From: Bacteroidales bacterium
Lineage (GTDB): Bacteria > Bacteroidota > Bacteroidia > Bacteroidales > UBA12077
DNA length: 64,000 nt
NCBI GenBank assembly: GCA_028282585.1
Contig: JANQHR010000127.1
Location: forward strand, 1 to 64,000
Reading direction: 5' to 3'
Shown: piece by piece, positions 57,522-64,000 of the stretch
How positions within the stretch are numbered: position 1 is the first letter of the stretch
Layout of the letters: each line of letters opens with the position of its first letter
Notes under the pieces: generated by a model
What the model was told of the DNA's origin: nothing
Databases searched by the model: none
The model's input: only the letters and a program-made list of their open reading frames with translations
Position numbers and translations under genes: made by a program

Positions 57522-58685
57522 TTAGTAAATCATTTCTTCTACAAAGTTGTCAACTATAGAATAAAATGAATTTGCAACTGACTGACCTAAACCGCATTTA
57601 GATGATATTTTCATAGTGTCAGCTAGTTTTTGTAAAGTTTTCAGGTAAGCTGCTGATTTATCACCTTTCTTAACAGCTTCAATACCTAATTTAAGTTGTT
57701 GGCAACCTACACGGCAAGGTGTACATTGTCCACAAGATTCTTCTTCGAAGAATTCAACATAGTTCTTCAATACATTATACATTGAACGCGAACTGTTGAA
57801 AAGCATCATAGAACCCCCGGTTGGAACACCTTCGAAACCGATGATTGTATCTTTAAATTTCTTTCTAGGAACACAGAATCCTGATGCGCCTCCTACCTGA
57901 ACTGCTTTAGTATCACCATCACCGAATTCTTCAACGAAATCTTCCAATGACATACCTAATTCCAGTTCGTAGATTCCTGCAATTGGAGTATCACCTGAAA
58001 TAGAAAATACTTTAGAACCTCTTGAGTCTGCAGTACCCAATTCCTGGAATTTTTGAGCTCCAATTCTACAAATCATGAATGAGTAAACCAATGTTTCTAC
58101 ATTATTGATAACAGTTGGTTTATTTCTAAATCCTGCAATTGTAGGATACGGAGGCTTATTTCTAGGTTCACCACGTTTTCCTTCCATTGACTCGAATAAA
58201 GCACTTTCTTCACCGCATATGTATGCACCTGATCCCATTAAGATATGAATTTGGAAATCAAATCCAATTTCTTTCAATGTAGCATGAAATTCATCCAATA
58301 CTTTTTCTAACTCAGCTTTTAAAAACTGATACTCACCTCTTAAGTAAACATAACCATGCTTTGCTCCGATTACCTTACCGCAAATCGCCATACCACCAAA
58401 AACTTTTAAAGGAACACGAGAAAGAATTTCTCTATCCTTGAAAGTTCCAGGCTCACCTTCGTCAGCATTACACACTACGTATTTTTCTTCTTCAGCTTCC
58501 TGAGAAGTAAATTTCCATTTTAATCCTGTTGGGAAACCAGCTCCACCGCGGCCCCTTAATCCTGAATCAAGTACATCTTTAAGAATATCTTCATTTGATT
58601 TCTTAAGACTCTCGGCTAAAACATCCTTATAAACACTATCTTCGCTGAAAATAAGGTCTACTCTTTTTAGTTTTTTATCTGGCAT
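57522..58685 (-). CDS. hydB: Short NuoF-like NADH-binding subunit (non-bifurcating-type HydB)
   Basis: 387 aa; GRGGAGFP, ADEGEPGTFKDR, GAYICGEE, GGASG, single CGQCTPC...C cluster. Confidence 0.92.
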   Translation of the reverse strand: MPDKKLKRVDLIFSEDSVYKDVLAESLKKSNEDILKDVLDSGLRGRGGAGFPTGLKWKFTSQEAEEEKYVVCNADEGEPGTFKDREILSRVPLKVFGGMAICGKVIGAKHGYVYLRGEYQFLKAELEKVLDEFHATLKEIGFDFQIHILMGSGAYICGEESALFESMEGKRGEPRNKPPYPTIAGFRNKPTVINNVETLVYSFMICRIGAQKFQELGTADSRGSKVFSISGDTPIAGIYELELGMSLEDFVEEFGDGDTKAVQVGGASGFCVPRKKFKDTIIGFEGVPTGGSMMLFNSSRSMYNVLKNYVEFFEEESCGQCTPCRVGCQQLKLGIEAVKKGDKSAAYLKTLQKLADTMKISSKCGLGQSVANSFYSIVDNFVEEMIY

Positions 58686-58714
58686 AATTATAATCTCCTT
58701 TAACTAATTAACAA

Positions 58715-59182
58715 TTATTTATTTTTCATATAATCACCGATAATTTCACTGACTTTTTCGTCGGTTAGTTCGGTGTATGCTTCATCATTTATAAGCATAA
58801 CTGGACCTTTATGACACCATCCCAGACAATTAGTTTCTAAAAGAGTAAACTTGTTGTCTTTTGTGGTTTCACCAACTTTTACCTTAAGCAAATCTTCTAA
58901 AGTCTTAATGATCTGCTTTTTACCTTTCATATCACAAGTAATTGTTCTACAAATGCGAATAACATACTTGCCTCTTGGTTTAGTATCAAGGAAAGAATAG
59001 AATGTAGCTGTACCATATACTAGCGCAGCAGACATATCCAACTCTCTTGCAACTTCTGTCATGGCAGCATCTGAAATAAATCTCTCCTCAGTAATGATGC
59101 CCTGCAAAATAGGAAGTAAACTTTCTCTGGTTCTTCCATGTTTGTCAGCTAAACCCTTAACTAATTCTTTAATTTCTGGCAT
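58715..59182 (-). CDS. hydC: NuoE-like [2Fe-2S] subunit (HydC)
   Basis: CRTITC...NCLGWC; ATG at 59182. Confidence 0.92.
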   Translation of the reverse strand: MPEIKELVKGLADKHGRTRESLLPILQGIITEERFISDAAMTEVARELDMSAALVYGTATFYSFLDTKPRGKYVIRICRTITCDMKGKKQIIKTLEDLLKVKVGETTKDNKFTLLETNCLGWCHKGPVMLINDEAYTELTDEKVSEIIGDYMKNK

Positions 59183-59206
59183 TTTAATCAAGTTTTATTT
59201 AGTTAT

Positions 59207-59239
59207 TGTTAATTCTCTAACAGTGTTAATTAAGTAACA
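59207..59239. promoter_or_regulatory. Tandem TGTTA-N6-TAACA operators (Rex-like)
   Basis: Boxes at 59207-59222 and 59224-59239, same geometry as 17242-17274. Confidence 0.7.
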
Positions 59240-59375
59240 CTAAAATTGTTTTCAATTGTTTGATTTTCAGGATTAAATATAGAATTCATAACTAGCCATA
59301 AACATGACATTTCTTAGAATCAAACATGACAAAAGTCATGTTTTTAAAATTGCAAATATGTCATAAGTCTATATA

Positions 59376-60425
59376 TCAATTATTTACAAAATACATATGT
59401 TGACTAACATATGGAACAATGAACTGGCAAGTGTTTGGAGTGTTTATACTATCTTTAGCCCATCGTTCTAATTGTTTATCGGTAAGAATAGGTTCACTAT
59501 AATATTTATGATCCTCTCCTCCGCTATAATGAATCAATGCTACGTTTTTCGGGCATATACTTTTAATAAAAGATTCTATTGTAAAATGAAAATCCCTGGT
59601 TAGGATTTTTTTATTTAAGAAATAATTAAAACACCTCCTATAATTATCAGAAGCTTGCTCTTTGAGATGAGGCTCTAATAATAACCCTATTGTACACTGG
59701 TCGATAAAATCTGCCAAATATTTAGATTGTTTATCAGGTCCATTTGAAATACTCCAGTGATTGCTTTTTGGATAAGGGAACCTATTATTTGCATCAACCA
59801 CTAATAAATCTAATTCAACCAAAGACGCATAATCTTCTTTCCTTAATAATGGTGTTAAAATATCACCAGTAAACAGAATTTTTTTCCTATTATTTCCATC
59901 ATTAATATTGAATAAGATCATTGAAGCTCCTATTGCACTTTTTCCATGGTACACTGGGATGGGGATAAGTTCAACCCCGTTAACTTCATCTACTTTTCTC
60001 TTTTCATAGGGTATTAACTCTTTAAATTCTATCATTCCATTAAGTTGCGGAAATGTTGATTTTACAAACTTCCAGCATAATATAGTTGCATAAACGGGAT
60101 AAGGTTTCTTATATCTCTTAAAAAAACTTTGCACTATCCAATCTAATCCAAGTGTGTGGTCAATATGCGGATGCGTTAAAAAAACAGCTTCAGGAATTCT
60201 ATTACAATTTTTAAGTAAATATTGAACAGCGCCATGACCGGTATCAATCATTAAATCCCATTCTATTTCTTTTTCCTTTGGATCGTTTACATCGGATTTT
60301 ATAATAGAAAATGATGCATTGGCCAGGTCCTGATAATTTTGGCGATCATAGAATGGATGATCCTGACCTAAAACGACCGGCCAGGCATTTCCTCTACCGT
60401 TTACTCTAACCTTTATTTTACTCAT
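59376..60425 (-). CDS. Metallo-beta-lactamase-fold hydrolase (PhnP-like)
   Basis: IDTG, THPHIDH, VYHG, FTGD, IHYS; ATG at 60425 preferred. Confidence 0.82.
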   Translation of the reverse strand: MSKIKVRVNGRGNAWPVVLGQDHPFYDRQNYQDLANASFSIIKSDVNDPKEKEIEWDLMIDTGHGAVQYLLKNCNRIPEAVFLTHPHIDHTLGLDWIVQSFFKRYKKPYPVYATILCWKFVKSTFPQLNGMIEFKELIPYEKRKVDEVNGVELIPIPVYHGKSAIGASMILFNINDGNNRKKILFTGDILTPLLRKEDYASLVELDLLVVDANNRFPYPKSNHWSISNGPDKQSKYLADFIDQCTIGLLLEPHLKEQASDNYRRCFNYFLNKKILTRDFHFTIESFIKSICPKNVALIHYSGGEDHKYYSEPILTDKQLERWAKDSINTPNTCQFIVPYVSQHMYFVNN

Positions 60426-60456
60426 ATTAAAAACAAATGGCGCATAGCGCCATTTT

Positions 60457-62589
60457 TTATTCAATAATATTCATCTCATCTATTAAGTGAGTAGCCCCGG
60501 CAAATTTGTCAATTATAAATAATACGTATCTAATATCGAGGCTAATATTTCTGCTATATTCGGGATCAAAAATCATATCACTCATAATACCCTCCCACAT
60601 TCTATCAAAATTTAAACCTATCAAATTTCCCTCTGCGTCTAACACCGGGCTACCTGAATTTCCTCCCGTAGTATGGTTTGTTGCCAGAAAACAAAGAGGA
60701 ACTGTACCATTTACTTCATATTTTCCATAATCCTTTGTTTCGTATAATTCCTTCAATTTATCCGGCACATCGTAATCATATATATTCGGATTATCTTTTT
60801 CGATAACACCATCAAGCGTTGTATAATATTTATAAATTAGACCGTCGCGAGGGTAAGAACCTTTTACTTCACCATATGATACTCTCATTGTAAAATTGGC
60901 ATCAGGAAACAAAACCTTTTCACTCTGCATTTCCATTAATCCCTTCATATATACTCTGTAATGCTTTAAAGTTTCCTGATTTAAAGAATCATAAACCGGA
61001 AATATTTCATTTTGGTATATTTCATAAAATTTATTATAAAAAGAATAAACCGGATCCTTTGCCAAATTCTTTATTTCTTCCTTTACACCATTATTAATAA
61101 GATTCAGGATTTTTTCTTTTTCCGTAAAAATTGTTTGGTTATAAAGTAAATTAATATATTCAGTATGATTCGCGCCTAAATCTTTAATATCCGGATGGTA
61201 TTTCTTGTCTACATTTGAATAATAAATTGGAAGTAGCTCATTAAAGATTTCACGATCAATTTTTTCCTCATAATCCTTAAAGAAACTTTCGGTTTCTTTT
61301 TTAAGCCTTTCAATTTCACTTGTCCATGAATCATCTAATTCTGCTCTTTCTGCCATCTTTATCAATTTTGAAAATTCCCACGAATAATCAAGGATTTCAA
61401 TAGTTCTTATTGCTTCTCTAAAGTGATCATAGGCAACTACGTATTCTTCAATATTACTATAAATATCGCTTAGTTCAGATAGAACAAAATTATATTCTTT
61501 ATTATTTTGTGCCCATTGATTAAACTTTTCTTCCAATTCAAGTTTTCGATTCACAGCATCCACTCTCTCCAAACCAATAATTTCACCTTTCCATCGCTTC
61601 CATGAATTACTGGCCCCGTAATTTTTACTTGCATACTTAATACGAATAGTATCATTTTTTTCCATATATTTATTCATGATCTCCAGCCTCTTATCTCTTA
61701 TTAATACGCGATCAGGATTACGAATTTCTTTAATTAATTTTATAGCATCAGATGTAATATACTGGTTAGTACTGCCAGGATAACCTAAAACCCAGGTAAA
61801 ATCTCCTTCATTAAACCCTTTAATAGAAATTGGTAAAAACTTTTTGGGTTTATACGGGACATTATCAGCAGAATACTCCGCTGGATTATTATCCTTATCG
61901 GCATATATCCTAAATACCGAAAAATCTCCGGTATGGCGGGGCCATGACCAATTATCCGTATCACCTCCAAATTTTCCTATAGCTGAAGGTGGCGCACCAA
62001 CTAAACGAACATCATTATATTGTTTATAAATAAAAAGGAAATACTGGTTACCATAGTAGAAAGGCTTTACGCTTGCTGCAAGGTTTGTACCACTAATTGC
62101 TTCCAGTTCAATATTTTCAATGTTTTTTGATATAATTTCGCTTCTTTGTTTTTCAGTGTGCTTTTTCTTAACACCATCTAAAACCTGTTCCGTTACATCC
62201 TCAATTCTTTCTAAAAAAGTTACAGATAAACCAGGATTTGGTAATTCCTCCTCTTTACTCATTGCCCAGAATCCATCTGTTAAATAATTATTTTCAATTG
62301 AACTATGTCTTTGTATTTGCCTGTATCCACAGTGGTGGTTCGTTAGAATTAATCCTTGATCCGACACCAACTCGCCTGTACAGCCGCGTCCAAATATCAC
62401 TATGGCATCTTTAATACAAGCTTCATTAATGTTATAAATATCTTCAGCAGAAAGTTTAAATCCTTTAGCCTGCATATCCTCTATATTAAATTTTTCAATT
62501 AATAAAGGAATCCACATTCCTTCACCTGCTTTTAGCTGGCAAGTAAAAATTGTTGATATTGTTAGAATTGCGTAAAAAAACTTTTTCAT
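60457..62589 (-). CDS. S46 dipeptidyl peptidase, DPP11 (Asp/Glu-specific) type
   Basis: EGMW, TNHHC, TTGGNSGSPV, and GLNFDR (Arg as in DPP11; DPP7 has Gly). Confidence 0.9.
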   Translation of the reverse strand: MKKFFYAILTISTIFTCQLKAGEGMWIPLLIEKFNIEDMQAKGFKLSAEDIYNINEACIKDAIVIFGRGCTGELVSDQGLILTNHHCGYRQIQRHSSIENNYLTDGFWAMSKEEELPNPGLSVTFLERIEDVTEQVLDGVKKKHTEKQRSEIISKNIENIELEAISGTNLAASVKPFYYGNQYFLFIYKQYNDVRLVGAPPSAIGKFGGDTDNWSWPRHTGDFSVFRIYADKDNNPAEYSADNVPYKPKKFLPISIKGFNEGDFTWVLGYPGSTNQYITSDAIKLIKEIRNPDRVLIRDKRLEIMNKYMEKNDTIRIKYASKNYGASNSWKRWKGEIIGLERVDAVNRKLELEEKFNQWAQNNKEYNFVLSELSDIYSNIEEYVVAYDHFREAIRTIEILDYSWEFSKLIKMAERAELDDSWTSEIERLKKETESFFKDYEEKIDREIFNELLPIYYSNVDKKYHPDIKDLGANHTEYINLLYNQTIFTEKEKILNLINNGVKEEIKNLAKDPVYSFYNKFYEIYQNEIFPVYDSLNQETLKHYRVYMKGLMEMQSEKVLFPDANFTMRVSYGEVKGSYPRDGLIYKYYTTLDGVIEKDNPNIYDYDVPDKLKELYETKDYGKYEVNGTVPLCFLATNHTTGGNSGSPVLDAEGNLIGLNFDRMWEGIMSDMIFDPEYSRNISLDIRYVLFIIDKFAGATHLIDEMNIIE

Positions 62590-62591
62590 AT

Positions 62592-63191
62592 TTAACTTAT
62601 TTCTTCATTAATAAAATTGTCTAATTCAGTATATAATTTTTGGATAGGTAATCCCATAACATTAAAGAATGATCCATTGATTTTTTCAACCCCAATATAC
62701 CCAATCCATTCTTGTATTCCATATGCTCCTGCCTTATCCATTGGTTGAAAATGATTAATATAATAATCGATCTCGGGGTAGGTTAATTTTTTAAAGTATA
62801 CATCGGTTCTAGCCGTAAAAGCGAATTCCTTTTTATTTGATTTGATACAAACTCCAGTAAAAACCTGATGACAATTACCTGACAATTGATTCAATATACT
62901 AATAGCATCTTCTTGATCAACAGGTTTTTGCAACACTTTCCCTTCAAGCCAAACAATTGTATCAGCTGTAATCAAAACCTCGTTATCTTTTAAATCGCTA
63001 AAGACTTCGGCTTTTTTTTGTGCAATATAAAGTGGAATTTCATCCTCGTTTAGTCCTTCCGGATAACTTTCGTCAACAGGCCCTTTGCTTTTTATCTTAA
63101 ACTCCAAACCAATTTCCTTTAATAAATAATGCCGTCGTGGTGATTGTGACGCGAGTATTATCTTATATTCGTCGATATTAGGAATAAACAT
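62592..63191 (-). CDS. maf: Maf-family nucleotide pyrophosphatase
   Basis: ILASQSPRR, ADTIV, DKAGAYGIQ, NVMGLP. Confidence 0.94.
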   Translation of the reverse strand: MFIPNIDEYKIILASQSPRRHYLLKEIGLEFKIKSKGPVDESYPEGLNEDEIPLYIAQKKAEVFSDLKDNEVLITADTIVWLEGKVLQKPVDQEDAISILNQLSGNCHQVFTGVCIKSNKKEFAFTARTDVYFKKLTYPEIDYYINHFQPMDKAGAYGIQEWIGYIGVEKINGSFFNVMGLPIQKLYTELDNFINEEIS

Positions 63192-63194
63192 AAA

Positions 63195-64000
63195 TTAGAA
63201 ATTTTGAACTATGATATAATTTGCTAACAAAGCATATAAAATTCCTGCAAGCATAATTAACTTTGAAAGTGTACTGGCTCTGTGATAATCTTTCTTTTTA
63301 TCTGCAATTATTATTTTATATACCAATAAAATAAGTGGAATAATCAAAAAGAAAACAAAATAAATAAGTGTATATGAATCTTTTAAAAACCTGAAATATG
63401 AATAAAGCAAAGAAAACAGAGTTACAAGAATAAATGTGATTATTACAATTTTAGTATATATAACACCCAAGACAATAGGCATTGTTTTTCCACCATATAT
63501 GCTATCACCTTCAAAATCTTCCACATCTTTGATTATTTCACGAATCATAGTTAATAGAAAGGCATAAAAAGCAAATGCTAATACCCAAATTATAATATGA
63601 TTAAAATTAAAATACATTTCTCTTATCAGTAAACCATATTCCTTATTTAACAATGGTATTTCAAAGAGAATGACCATAAGTGGAACTAACGCTGTAAGTA
63701 TAGCTACTGTTAAATTACCTATTAAAAACTGCCGTTTGTAAGTCGTTGAATAAAACCATAATATACCGGTAATTAATACAAATACAAATGATAAAATAGG
63801 CATTCTAATGTAGAACGAAATGTAAATACCTAAACCTATTCCAATTGTATTAAAAAAAATGTGTAATAAAATTGCCCATCTTCTGTTTAATTTTCTTCCT
63901 ACAATTACTGTTTCCGGCCTATTAACCCAATCTGTTTTCGTATCAAAGTAATCATTGATCACGTAACCTGCAGCCGTGATAAAGACTGTGGCCATAACCA
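63195..64000 (-). CDS. UbiA-family prenyltransferase (DGGGP-synthase-like), 5' truncated by window edge
   Basis: INDYFD...NRP and REIIKDVED.EGD motifs. Confidence 0.87.
   Translation of the reverse strand, partial: VMATVFITAAGYVINDYFDTKTDWVNRPETVIVGRKLNRRWAILLHIFFNTIGIGLGIYISFYIRMPILSFVFVLITGILWFYSTTYKRQFLIGNLTVAILTALVPLMVILFEIPLLNKEYGLLIREMYFNFNHIIIWVLAFAFYAFLLTMIREIIKDVEDFEGDSIYGGKTMPIVLGVIYTKIVIITFILVTLFSLLYSYFRFLKDSYTLIYFVFFLIIPLILLVYKIIIADKKKDYHRASTLSKLIMLAGILYALLANYIIVQNF

Noticed and set aside
3889-62029. Numerous 60-170 aa antisense or alternate-frame ORFs in the track (e.g. 9542-9967, 27217-27726, 49689-50078)
   Set aside because: They overlap well-supported genes and carry no recognisable motifs; treated as shadow ORFs.
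63195-64000. Archaeal-type ether lipid synthesis from the DGGGP-synthase-like gene
   Set aside because: This UbiA subfamily next to maf is common in Bacteroidota, and no GGGP synthase or other pathway gene is in the window.

Overview
AT-rich window from a Bacteroidota anaerobe, probably Bacteroidales. This assignment rests on TAnnTTTG promoters, a DPP11-type S46 peptidase, a DUF5777-like barrel and a TonB-dependent receptor. About 51 kb (8.8-59.2 kb) forms an energy-metabolism island. It holds (1) a tetrameric Hnd-type bifurcating-signature [FeFe]-hydrogenase behind a DRTGG/anti-sigma-kinase/sensory-hydrogenase/PHP module; (2) rex plus hypFCDEAB; (3) a divergent operon for an Mrp-linked group 4 [NiFe]-hydrogenase headed by an AsrAB/sulfhydrogenase-like NAD(P)H module; (4) a TonB receptor-MFS-hemN-hemY/G-hemH operon with an upstream RPPP-ending ORF, plus fused CcsBA and an FNR-like regulator; (5) an FNR-box-preceded operon for a hexaheme lipoprotein, monoheme cytochromes, an outer-membrane barrel and NrfC/NrfD-like subunits with no catalytic reductase, a candidate new extracellular electron-transfer conduit; and (6) a second [FeFe]-hydrogenase with a non-bifurcating signature. 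Read directly from the DNA: identical tandem TGTTA-N6-TAACA operators before both [FeFe] operons, Rex boxes, two perfect FNR boxes, a Cys-free HndB, an unannotated 42-aa lipoprotein and a 6S-like structured RNA candidate. No rRNA, tRNA, CRISPR array or transposase was seen. All family calls come from motif recognition, not database searches.
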